From: Octopus bimaculoides | Taxonomy: Eukaryota | DNA: 64,000 nucleotides | Reading direction: 5' to 3' | Assembly (NCBI RefSeq): GCF_001194135.2 | Contig: NC_068983.1 | Location: forward strand, 70,184,509-70,248,508 | Shown here: positions 25,975 to 38,111 of the stretch, in pieces | Position numbering within the stretch: the stretch's first letter is position 1 | Layout: every line of letters begins with the position of its first letter | The notes under the pieces: model-generated | Seen by the model: only the letters and a program-made list of their open reading frames with translations | What the model was told of the DNA's origin: nothing | Database searches by the model: none | Made by a program: the position numbers and the translations under genes

Positions 25975-28671
25975 CAATGGTGGAATTTTGCTGTGTGATG
26001 GTGTGTGTGTGTGTGTGTGTTGATGGGATGGCTATCATCTGTCAAGAGGAAGCAATTATCATCATATCTACACACACACACACACACAAACATACATACA
26101 CACACATGTATATATACACATACTGTATTTTAATGTGTATGAGGAACCATTTTTTTGTCTAAAATTAGGTTAAAAAATATATGGGAGTTTCTAATGCATG
26201 GATAGTATTATAATCCCTTACAAAACTTTTTTACCAAACTTTAAGCCCCCCCCCCCAAAAAAAAAATTAGGGTGTTCCTTATACATGTTAAAATACAGTA
26301 TATATGTATATATATATATATGTATACACCTTTATGTTGATACTTATATATTTTGCAGAACAGATATGCTCATATATTGGAATTTTATGATGTTTGATAG
26401 AGATCCGTATCATAGCGAGAGAAATGACATCATTTTTAAAACATTTCTTTTTGAGGAGGTTGAGATATTTTATATTTCTTTTTTTTTTTTTATATATATA
26501 TATTTGGCAGTTTTGAGTAGGCAGCAAAAGTTTGCCAGATATTATCCTTAAATTCTTTAATGCTATAAGTTGTTGTTATTCTCTTTTATACCAAGATTAA
26601 CCTGACTGGGCAGAACTATAATTTAAGGACTTCCAGATATGGTGTATATATCTTTAAATAATCCAACATATTTAATTTTTTTTCTTTTTTGCATTAGATT
26701 GTGTGCATTGTTTATTTTTATAGAGATTTAAGTTGATATTTCTTACAGGTTGAACAACCATGTAGGGTTTCTTTTTCTCATTGAATCTGCCCTTCTTTAA
26801 GTTTGACACATTAGTCTTATATTCTTAAGATCTAAATAGCAAGAGAAAAGAATTCAGAATAAATATTTAAAGAAATATATTAAATAAATTTCATTTCAAA
26901 ATTCTAGTGTTGATCGCATCATCCTCATCCTCATCCTCATCATCATCATCACCAACATCATCATCACCAACATCATTATCATCATCATTGTCAATAACAA
27001 CAGCAGCAACTACAACATCAGCATCATCATCATCATTGTTTTACATGTTTTCCTTTGCCAGCATGAGTTGGGTAGGTTTTTTGCAGTAGTGTTTTACAGA
27101 AATATGCCCTTCTTGCTGCTAAATCTTTTAGTCTCCTCTTATGGCATTCAGGGACACAGTGCACCTATTCCAAACATAACAGGATATACATGATGAGATT
27201 CTAGAACTTTTCGTGCTGTTACTAGGCAAATTAATAGCAATACATTTATTGCTACTTTGTTAAACACAGTATTTCAAACAATTCAATTTAATCTCTGTTT
27301 GTCATCAAGTGATTTATAGAAGTAGTGTTGGTAAAGTCATTAAAATGTTACATAAAATGCCTTGCAGTGTTTGTGCTGGGTTTCGAAACTCCGAGTTCAA
27401 ATCCTCCCATGTCGTCTTTTTTATCATCCCTGTGGTTAATAAATAAAATACCAATTAAGTGCTGGGGGTTAAGATTTCCTCTCTCTCTTCTTTCTCTCCT
27501 ACTCACTCCCTCTTTCAGCTTTCAATCTCCCTTCCACATTTTTCTTCCCTCTCCCTCCTGCTCTCCTCTCCCTCCTGCTCTCCTCTCCCTCCTGCTCTCC
27601 TCCCCTCCTGCTCTCCTCTCCCTCCTACTCTCCTCTCCTTCCTGCTCTCCTCTCCCTNNNNNNNNNNNNNNNNNNNNNNNNNNNNNNNNNNNNNNNNNNN
27701 NNNNNNNNNNNNNNNNNNNNNNNNNNNNNNNNNNNNNGGTTAAGATTTCCTCTCTCTCTTCTTTCTCTCCTACTCACTCCCTCTTTCAGCTTTCAATCTC
27801 CCTTCCACATTTTTCTTCCCTCTCCCTCCTGCTCTCCTCTCCCTCCTGCTCTCCTTCCTCCCATATCTCCCCTTCCTTCCTTTTCTCCTTCCTTCTTCTC
27901 ACTAAATTCCTTCTCTGTTTGTCTGTCTGTCTCTCTCTCTCTCTCTACCCAATTCCTTCTCTGTCTGTCTCTCTCCCTCTCTCTCTCCCTCTCTCTCCCC
28001 CCCTCTCTCTCTCCCTCCCTCTCTCTCTCTCAGACTCATTTACATGGTGAGGTCAAGAGCTTAAAAGAGCCAGTGTATAGTGGCACCAACTTAGAATCCA
28101 GTCCGAGTGTCAAGTTCAGACCAAAATTATTGCCATAAATAAACTTGAATGCCACTTATCATTTTAAGAGTGTTGTCCTTTGTATACTATAATCCAGTTC
28201 TCCATCAGTTAAATGGTTTATGTTTCTGGTATTGGTTTGTTGTTGCTGTTTAGCTCCAGATTCACTCGGGTTGAACAAACTGTGACCAACACAATGCATT
28301 CTTTTTGTATCTAAAACTACAATGTCTTCTTTTTCTTCTTGGAGATGGTAAGGTGTGATTTGAAGAAATTTGGTTGCTATTTCTAGTTCTTTGAGCAACT
28401 GTGAAGTAGTTCCCTTGTTGTCTCTAAATGTGGTATAGTGTATTAAGAGTATTGAAAACTATGTGCAATAATAGTTTATGAGTTCAACCCCAACTGGGTT
28501 ACATGTACATATACATATATATCATTTAATGGCAAATTCAAAACCTGTTTTAGACTTTCTGTCTATCTGCCTGTCTCTGTCTGTCTGTCTCTGTCTGTCT
28601 GTCTCTGTCTGTCTGTCTCTGCCTGTCTGTCTCTGTCTGTCTGTCTCTGCCTGTCTGTCTCTGTCTGTCTT

Positions 28672-28712
<41 letters not shown>

Positions 28713-29344
28713 CTCTCTTTCTCTGTCTGTCTGTATATTATTTAAGTTAATTTTTGGAAGTTCAAGACATTTAAAATGAATTTTAAAAGTATATTAGAAG
28801 TTTCTAAATTTTACCAGAGCAAATTATGCATTTGTAATTATGTGCTGTTGTTTGTTATTTATTCATTAAATACTGGGTTAAGTGTTTGTTAGAAATTAAA
28901 TTATTTCAAAATAATAATGTTTTTCTTCTGTTATGTAAATGCTTTATATTAAATCAGTATGATTACACTATTGATCTCCTGGGACAAAGAACTTTTGATT
29001 GATTTTTAAACCATTATTAATATTCAAAACGTTTTGTGTATTTAATTTCTTATTGCATCTCTACCAAGGAAGATGGTGTTGGTGATGGTAGGAGGGGTAA
29101 TATTTCAAGATCCTAAATTTATTACTTGTTATAAAAGGAAAGAATATCTGTTCAATATGACATATGGAAGTCAATTGTTTGGTGTTTCTGAAATTGTAAT
29201 AATTAATATATATCAATATTTTATATCTGCTTGCCACATGCCAAAGTTAATTGTTATTTTAGATGTAAATTTCCATGCCATTCTAAACAAAAGGACTGGG
29301 TAATTAGGCTAAGAAGGACATAATGAAATAGAAAATGTACTCTT

Positions 29345-29700
29345 TCACCTATTGGGTTTAGGTACTGTATTGGTATGGGCTGTGGTTTGAGCATCAGGCT
29401 CACAGTCATGAGATTGTGCGTTTGATTCCTGGACCAGGCTGTGTGTTGTGTTCTCCAGCAAGACACTTTATTTTATGTTATTCTAATTCACTCAGCTGTA
29501 GAAATGAGTTGTGGTGTCACTGGTGCCAAGATGTATTGGACTTTGCTTTTCCCTTGGATAACGTTGGTGGCATGGAGAGGGGAGGCTGGTATGCATTGGT
29601 GATTGTTGGCCTTCCATTAACAACCTTACCTGGACTCGTGCCTTGGAGGGTAACTTTCTAGGTGCAATCCCACGGTCATTCGTGACCGAAGGGGGTCTCT
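29345..29700 (+). mobile_element. tRNA-derived SINE with CORE-like middle and a distinct 3' tail
   Basis: B-box-like gtttgattcct, tgtgttctccagcaagacactttatt core, tail ending cgtgaccgaagggggtctc. Confidence 0.7.
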
Positions 29701-30390
29701 GATATATATATATCTACATATGAACAGTTCTACCCTCTGTCTATATCCATCTTTCATTTTTTCCTATTGTCCCTGATTCTCCTGTATCAACTCTCTCTTT
29801 TATTCACCTTTCTTGGACATGTTACCATGAAAATGCATTCTGTTAATTCTTCACCATATTTACATATTTATATCCTTTTTGGTATCACTCCAACCTCCCC
29901 CCATTGCCCCATATAAAATGTGAGGAAGCCTTTACATCAGTGAATTTGTATCTGCTCTTCTCATAATACTTTATTCTCCCAACTCCTCTCTTAAATTGAC
30001 CACCCTGTCTCATATCCTCTTTTTCAGTTAAGACTAAAATTTCTTGTGTTCTTCTAGTCAGGTGATACAAAAATACACCCAGTACACTTTGTAAAATGGA
30101 TGGTGTTGGGAAGGGCATCCATAGAAACCACATCAAAACAGAAACATTGGAGCAAGACATGGTTCTGCAACTCATTGGAGCATGTCAAATCCATGACAGC
30201 AATGATGATGATGATGACGATGATGATGATGCTGATGGTGGCAGAGGTATCAGTGGTGGTGTTGATGACGATGACGACGACAATGACCGGCTTGATATAA
30301 GGCTGGTGAGAGCAACACAAAACCCTCACCTCTTAAGTTACTTTTATATCTTCAAAGAAATACATACATATATACATACAATCATATTTT

Positions 30391-30751
30391 GCCATGTTGG
30401 CTTGGCGATAACTATTAATTTCCAATACTGCTGCTGTAGTCTCCTTTAGAGAGACTTAGAAATATTAATAACTCTATTTCTGAAAACCAGTGGATAGATT
30501 CCACTGAAATTAGATAAATAAGCTTCGAACAGATAGTCAGCAGCGCCGCCTGGCTGGAGCTTGGCTGCTCTGCATTGACAAGGGGCAACACCCTGAAACT
30601 AGTCTGCAGATGCCAAACCAGCAAGGGGAAACTGCTGACCTCCCCTGTTCGAAGGTTATAAAGGACACAGGTTTCGTGTGTCACATAGCTAGCTAGAGGC
30701 GATGGCTTCTTGGAGCTAATTCACGGCAGCTTTCATCCTAATTTTGGGACT
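30391..30751 (+). mobile_element. 361-nt retrozyme-like tandem repeat monomer containing a hammerhead ribozyme
   Basis: 30390-30463 recurs identically at 30751-30824 (period 361) and then runs into an N gap. The monomer has many hairpins and long-range helices and one hammerhead core. Confidence 0.7.
30569..30610 (+). ncRNA. Minimal type I hammerhead ribozyme, U3-A8 core variant
   Basis: Stem I tctgca/tgcaga; core TTGACAA (30575-30581); stem II gggg-caaca-ccct; GAAA (30595-30598); palindromic minimal stem III ACTAGT; GTC cleavage triplet (30602-30604). Confidence 0.75.
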
Positions 30752-30867
30752 GCCATGTTGGCTTGGCGATAACTATTAATTTCCAATACTGCTGCTGTAG
30801 TCTCCTTTAGAGAGACTTAGAAATNNNNNNNNNNNNNNNNNNNNNNNNNNNNNNNNNNAACCATATT

Positions 30868-31080
30868 TATACAGTTCTATATTTAAGAGATGAGGAATTA
30901 TGCACATTGTTTACATTATTTACATTTGACAGATATTTGTCCTCATCTTGTTTGTTGTTAACACAATGTTTCAGCTGATATACCCTCCAGCCTCATGGCA
31001 TATAGCGCAGTGGTTAAGAGTGCAGGCTGCTAACCCCAAGATTCTGAGTTCAATTCCCGGCAGTAACCTGAATAATGATG

Positions 31081-31120
<40 letters not shown>

Positions 31121-31275
31121 TAATAACATCGAAAAATACCTTAGGAATGAGAACCCAGGTTCGAAATTTCCCCAAGACACCTGATGAAGGCTGGAGGGTA
31201 TATCAGCTGAAATGTTGTGTTAACAACAAACAAGATGATGACAAATATCTGTCTAATGTAAATAATATAAATAAT
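30868..31275 (+). mobile_element. tRNA-headed SINE with (AAT)n middle and Penelope-like hammerhead-type tail, preceded by an inverted copy of the tail
   Basis: A box tagcgcagtgg (31003-31013), B box gagttcaattcc (31046-31057). Tail acac-CTGATGA-aggctg...cagct-GAAA-tgtt-gtgt (31177-31220). 30912-30993 is the reverse complement of about 31189-31272. Confidence 0.7.
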
Positions 31276-31688
31276 CATATTTATATCTGTACGTATAAAT
31301 ATATATGTATCATCATCGTCCTTTAATGTCTGCTTTCCATGCTGGCATGGGTTGGATGGTTTGACAGGAACTGGCTAGCTGGGGAGCTGCCGAGGTTCCA
31401 TTTGTCTGTTTTGTTTAATTTTTCCTACTGGATACTCTTCCTAACATTAGCCACTTCACAGAGTGTACTGGTTGCATTTTATGTGACACCAGCATTGGTG
31501 CTTTTACATGGCATAGACGTGGGCACCTCTACATATCACTGGCATGGATGCTTTTACATTGCGCTGGCATGGGTACTTGTTTATGGCACCAGCATGAATG
31601 CTTTTTATGTGAGACTGGCACCATATATTTATACATATATGTATTCAAATATGAATTACACACAAGCACGCACGCACACACACTCACT

Positions 31689-31726
<38 letters not shown>

Positions 31727-31770
31727 CACACACACACACGTATACGGTCAAACTCACACTACAGAGAATT

Positions 31771-31934
31771 ATGAGGAATTATGTACATTATTTACATTGG
31801 ATGGATATTTGTCCTCATCTTGTTTGTTGTTAACACAATGTTTCGGCTGATATACCCTCCAGCCTTCATGTCATATGGCATAGTGGTTAAGAGTGCAGGC
31901 TACTAACCCCAAGTTTCTGAGTTCAATTCCAGGC
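31771..31934 (+). mobile_element. Second, truncated copy of the inverted-tail plus tRNA-head SINE
   Basis: Same inverted tail (..tttcggctgatataccctccagccttcatg) joined at the same point to the same head (..tagtggttaagagtgcaggc..gagttcaattcc). Confidence 0.75.
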
Positions 31935-32050
31935 ATGTAAAACTCAATGACAAGATGATTAGTGGCACAGTAATTGGAAATTATGCAGGTACTGTACCAA
32001 AGAGTTGCTTAAAGGAATAATGAGGAGAAATCAGAAAGGGTGAAGTAGTT

Positions 32051-33480
32051 AGATATTATTTATTGTGATTCAGATACTGGGGAAAACTAACGAAGGCCTG
32101 GAATATGGTGGAGGTATCAACAAGACTTGTATTATATAATAAAATTGACAAAAAATTATGGTGAACTGGCTGTGAAGAGTAGAAAATCTGTTTTGGACAG
32201 ACTCCTTCTTCAGGGAAAAGTTGACAAGAGAAATTAAGGAAAGACAGCCAGAGTTTTACATGCTCTAAGTTAGAAAAACTGGCTGCAGTTGATAAAGAAA
32301 CAGGAGCTTCATCAATAGACAGAAAGTAGTTGGAGAGAGAAAGTGGGTAAGAGAGATAGAGGGAAAGAGAAATGTATTGAAGAGAGAAGTGGGTGAAGGC
32401 AAGTGAGAGGTGAAAGGAAAAGATGAGGTGAGAGGGGAGTTGAGGGATTAGAAAGGGTATAATGAAATAAGATGAGGTGTAGGAGTAGAATGGAAAACAT
32501 TTAAGCCTGTCAGTGACATGGTACCAGATTTGAATATGAAACCTTGTTACCTCCATTTCCTTGAATATATGGATCCATAATGGTTGGAAATGCTGCACAC
32601 TGGTGAGTGAGTGATGGATTGGATTGTTGTGTGAAAGTAGGTCACAACAGGTTGGCCTGGCATATATATCAGTATGCTTTGAATGTGCTTCTGAAGGTAA
32701 TCAATAAGATGTCAGCCTGTTTGCCTTAATATACTGCAGAGTTTGTATATGATACACTATGTAAGATTGGATGATGTGCAACGGAAGCCCTGAGTAATGC
32801 AATATTATGACTAGGGCCCACTGACTGTGGTAGTGTTGTTGATGTAGGAGCAGTTGTTGCATCATTGGTGAGTGCATTTAAAAGTACCTAATTGTGTGGA
32901 GCTTGGTGCTGTGAAGCTTTTTAGTTGGTGGTTGCTTAGGTTCTTATCTTGTATGGAAGTGAGGAGAGGTAGTACTGGAAAGTAAACTTCAAAAGTTATA
33001 GATGTGTTTATCCTGCAAGAGAAGCATAGATGGGTGGAAGATGACAGATAATAGAATACAGTCTGCAGGTGCATGTAAAATGAGTATGAGTGCAGTGGCA
33101 TGATTGATGTCCTGGACTTGGTGGAGTGCAGAGTCCTCAACTGATCGAGTATAACCTTGATTCAGGAAGAATAGTCATATTCTTTTGCTTTGGGATTTGA
33201 TATTCAAATTAGTGCTGCAGAAGAATTGAGGGTGAAGGAATTCAGAGAATGGCAGGGCATATTTAGTGTTTGAAGAGTAGTGGACATAGGAGTGGGAGTC
33301 AGTAAGCTTGTAGTGGGTGGAGGTAGACAGGTGGATATTATTTATAGTGATAGAGATATTGGGGAAAACTAACGAAGGCATGGAATATGGTAGAGGTAAA
33401 TTCCAAGGCAAAGTGAAGGGAATTAATGAAAAAGATAAAATTATTGAGCTGTTTGGGGTGGTAACACTGACCAATCATCA
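32051..33480 (-). mobile_element. Degenerate Penelope-like retroelement (RT thumb, GIY-YIG endonuclease, 3' tail)
   Basis: Minus-strand reading gives FALEFT, STHYKLTDSHSYVHYSS..ALPFSEFL (RT thumb), then GTFKC..CNNCSYINNTTTVSGP..FRCTSSNL (Cys-rich GIY-YIG region). Decayed hammerhead-like cctgaagaagg..ccaaaac at about 32190-32217. About 66-bp direct repeat, 32051-32116 versus 33333-33398. Confidence 0.75.
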
Positions 33481-34947
33481 ATATAATGACCATACACTGG
33501 GCCCATCCCAGGGCTGGTCTACCAATATCTGCAATTTGAACAACCTTTTCATACACTGAGTGCCAAGGGGAAATGTGTAAATTGGTCCCATGTGCCACAT
33601 GGTTTTTTCAAATTCGTATAATATTTCAGTTGTGTACAATAGCTGTATACATTTCATTTTTTGATGAGAAAACATGTATACCATATATGTATACGTGGCA
33701 CATTTGTAAAGTGCCATGTATGCATATATTGTATACATGGCACTCAGTGTGTTAAACAAGTTGTATCATTTTCAGTATAACCTCATATGTATATGTTTGT
33801 GTGTGTGTGTGGGGGGGGGGGGTCAGCCTCAACATTATATATCCAGATTCCATGTTGAATACACATGCACACACATATGCACCCACACATGCGTCTGCCC
33901 CCCCCACACACACACACACACTTACACACATGCACATACATACACATGTATTCAGACATAAGGAATAATGAAGGCTATGGGTGTATGAAAATAAGAACTG
34001 TAAGAAACTGTTATCAATTGTCCATATTTAACTGGAGAACATAATTAAAAATAGGACCAGGTGGAGACAGTTTATGAGAAAGGAAAGAATTTAAAATGAT
34101 GCATTATGTGAGCTAAGCTATATGCTGCAATGCATTACAATTCTATCTTATTTCTATGGTAGACAAAAATTGCATACAAATTTTATTTTAACAATAAAAT
34201 TTTATTTTCTCCAAGAAGTAAAATCTTTATATTTTTTCCGAATAAAATTAAAAAGGAATTGCATGCTGAAAAGGAATGAAACTAACAATAAAAACTTCAA
34301 CTCATAAACCAAATTAAAGCAAACATGATAAAGTGAGACAGAATGATTAGAGTATAGAATTAATCAAACAATAGTAAATTTTGTCAGCTACTGGGAATGA
34401 AAGAATAGTAGAAAAAGATTCTTTAATATTAAGCAGTGTCACAGTCTAATAATAATTTTTTTTTTTTCCTGTTAAGTCAGATTTACAGAATTATAGATTA
34501 CAGATTGGTTAAAAGTAACAACAGGGAAGATAATGGTTTTCTCAGTTCTCATAAAATTGTCTCTGGTTATTTTGTCATTGGACGTTATGCAAGCAGGTGG
34601 AGACAATGAAACACATGCTTTGTTTAGAGTGAAAAGGAAAAAAAAGTGGCAGTCAGTTTAGGATAAAATCAATAGTCCATCCGTCTTTGCTAATGTTTTC
34701 CACGAAAAAATATCAGCTTTCATTTTGACTTTATCACTAAAAGAGAAAAAGAAATATCAGTGAAGTGAAAACCAACAATAGCCACATTTATAGTTGAAAG
34801 ATTGGGTGAAATTTCCTGAAAACCTACAAATTAATTGAATTTGTGGCAATTTAATTTTTTTTTATTTTTGTATTAGTAGACAAAATCAAATGGTGGCTTT
34901 TGTTCAGTAATCATTAAAAGTGTTTATATCCCCCTTTATATCTTATA

Positions 34948-35265
34948 TCTTTTACTTGTTTCGGTCAGTGGTCTGTGGTCATGCTGGAGCACTGCCTTGA
35001 AGAGTTTTTTTGGCGAGTGAATTGACCCTACTATTTATTTTTTTGAAGTCTGGTACTTGTTGTATTTGTCTCTTTTACTGAACCACCAAGTTACGGAAAC
35101 ATAAACACTGGTTGTCAAGTGGTGGTTGGGGACAATCACAAACACAAAAACACACACATGAACATGGATATATATACATAAATCCATACATGCATGCATA
35201 CATACACACACATACACACACACACATACACACACACACACACACACACATACACACACACACAC
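34948..35265 (-). mobile_element. Same SINE family, 3' half with (CA)n
   Basis: ttttacttgtttcggtcagtgg..catgctggagcactgcc..ggttgtcaagtgg..gggacaatcacaaacac. Confidence 0.75.
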
Positions 35266-35516
35266 ATGGTTAGGGTGTTGTACTCACGATTGCAAGATCA
35301 TGGGTTCAATTCACCAGACCGGGCATTGTGTTGCTTTCTTGAACAAAACATCTCATTTCACGTTGCTCTGTGATCATTTCAACATCTGACATGTGGCACT
35401 CATTGCACCTCTACACAAACATTTAAACATTTGATCACTATAAACAAATCATTTGTGTGGTTGTTCGGTAAGAAATTGTTGAACCCTCATACATCGTCTA
35501 ATGACAGGAGAGTCCA

Positions 35517-35543
35517 TCATTTATATATATACATGTAGATATG

Positions 35544-35593
<50 letters not shown>

Positions 35594-35627
35594 TGCATAT
35601 GAATGTGTGTGTGAGTGTGTATGTATG

Positions 35628-35665
<38 letters not shown>

Positions 35666-36588
35666 CATGCATATGTCTATTCATGCATGTATATTTATCT
35701 CTCTTCATGTCCAAACACCTTAGGGACTCATTGCTTAGACAAATAAGGGAGAATGCTCACATAAATGTGACATTACCAATGCTGAATTCGAAATATACAT
35801 AGTAGGTAGAACTTCAATGCCACTGTTATCACCCAAGCAATAGGCATATGTGGATGTGCCCATGTGGGTAGGCAGGTAGATATGTAGGTAGGTAGGTAGG
35901 TAAGTAGGTAGGCATGTTGGTAAGTAGGTAGGTGGGTATGTATGATTTATACAAAGGATATGGTTAGAACAACAGCAGGGTACAGGTAAGCCCATACAAA
36001 TACTTACATGTAAATATGTACAAACCTGATACACATCTATACACATCCACATACATGCATAGATAGCCATGGATGGACACACACACACACACATGCACAG
36101 TTACACACACAAGCACAGTTACACACACATGTGCACTGAAGCACACACATGCATAGATGCAGGAACACACATACACACAGATATTTGCATAATAAAAAAA
36201 GAACACCAGCACATGCTGGAATACGCTCAAATAAGAAAACACTTGCACGTTTACACACACACACATGCACATACACACACGAACCTACACACTCACTCAC
36301 AGAACTGACTCAACTACATGAACAAGCACACTAAACTACATGCACTCACACACTCATGCACATACATACACCCACAGACACTCACGCACAATCACACATA
36401 CACATGTCCACACACACAGATGCTCACACACACACACACACACACATACACATCTACCCTGTTCTCTCCTTCTCACCTCACATAAAAGAACTACACTCTA
36501 AAGCCATAAATTCTCAGCAGACACAAGACTGACTAATAACAAAAGGGACAAAAGAATGACCCTTTAAAGTGGTCATGGATGGCTTAGG

Positions 36589-36619
<31 letters not shown>

Positions 36620-37220
36620 AGGCACAGGCAAGAAGTTACATTAGTGTACACACACAACCACACATACATGCATATGCATGCGCACATACACACATACATG
36701 CACATACACAAACCTTTTGTTTATTTTCACCCTCACCTCCTCTTCTAAACAAACATGTTTACACACACACTTACAGACATGCATACTCACAGACATAAAA
36801 CCAATTCTCCGACAGATGCAAAGCAGACCTTTGAGCAAAAAGGGAAGTCACCAAGTTTCAAACAGCTGCAAAAGAACTTTGACTAATAAACAACTGATTG
36901 ATAGTTTAACCAACACATTAAACAAATAATTGATTAGTTAGTTGGTTAGATATTTAACCAATTGAGTAACAGTAAAGAAGTGGAATTGAACCTATGCTTG
37001 TGTTATTATTGGTCTTATGACTCCCCCAAGACACAACAAAATCTCTTCATATGCACGCTTACATATATTTATATATTTGCGTATGGATGGATGTATTGTG
37101 TGTATGGATGCATGTTTGTATATGTGTGTGTGTGTGTGTGTCATTTATGTATGCATGTGTGTAATGTTTGTATCTATGCATGTATATAATGTATGTGTCT
37201 ATGCATGTATTTATGTATAG
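35517..37220. repeat. Extended compound microsatellite region ((TA)n, (TG)n, (TAGG)n, degenerate (CA)n)
   Basis: Directly visible; it is the source of the many VCVC/HTHT ORFs in the track. Confidence 0.9.
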
Positions 37221-38111
37221 GTGCACATAGCACATAAACACATACTGTGTAGATTGACTACCTTCGCAAAATTTGGCATTTGTATATTACCTGAAGACAG
37301 TGTTTTATATAACATTCTATTGACCTTTAATTGGAAGTTCTAATGAGCATCATATCCCATTTAGAATTTTGGATCTGCCACTGGTGATTTCAACTCCATA
37401 TTGCTGCAATGACAAGGCAGTGTTCATCATAGAAGGAACTGAACTCAGTCATGCAAACTAATGAATATTAAGTTCCAGGGATGATACTTAAACTATTGGC
37501 TCTTCAACCAATAATAGTTCAATATTCACGCTCTGTTAATTCACACATATGTCATTCAGATAATACTTAATTCAACATAAAATAGAAACTAGCACTCATC
37601 TGGTAGCTGTGAAACCTTCAAGTAAGGAATACACTTTATTTATGAAGGTTTGTTTCATCACAGCTTGTTAAATGTTGATGACAAGACTATCACCTATTAC
37701 TATTTCATTGTTATATGATTAGTGAACTTATCATCATCATCATTGTTCTCATCAACAAAATAATAATAATCATTATCATTTCAATGTTCATTTGTCCATA
37801 CTAGCCTGTGTTTGAGATGAAGTTAACAAAACGCATAGCTTAATCCATTTTGGTACTGGGCTGTTTATTGTATGAGGTTCAATCTCTGATGATCTGACCT
37901 AACTTCTCATGTTTTTACATCTAATGCATACATCAGTTGTTGCTAAAAGCCACACTTTCAGCTTACATGTGCTTTGCTTCTCATCCAAGTTAATATGACA
38001 TACACAAAACTTGACTAACTCCTCTCCAATCTCAGTAGATCCTCCATATTTAGTATTCTTGTCTCCTTACCATGTAGCATCTCACCTCTTTTTCTTACTA
38101 ATTCATATAAA

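Noticed and set aside
27459-27850. About 110-nt direct repeat and a 241-aa Leu/Ser/Pro-rich ORF
   Set aside because: The repeat straddles an N gap in CT-rich low-complexity sequence, so it is probably contig overlap. The ORF is a microsatellite translation.
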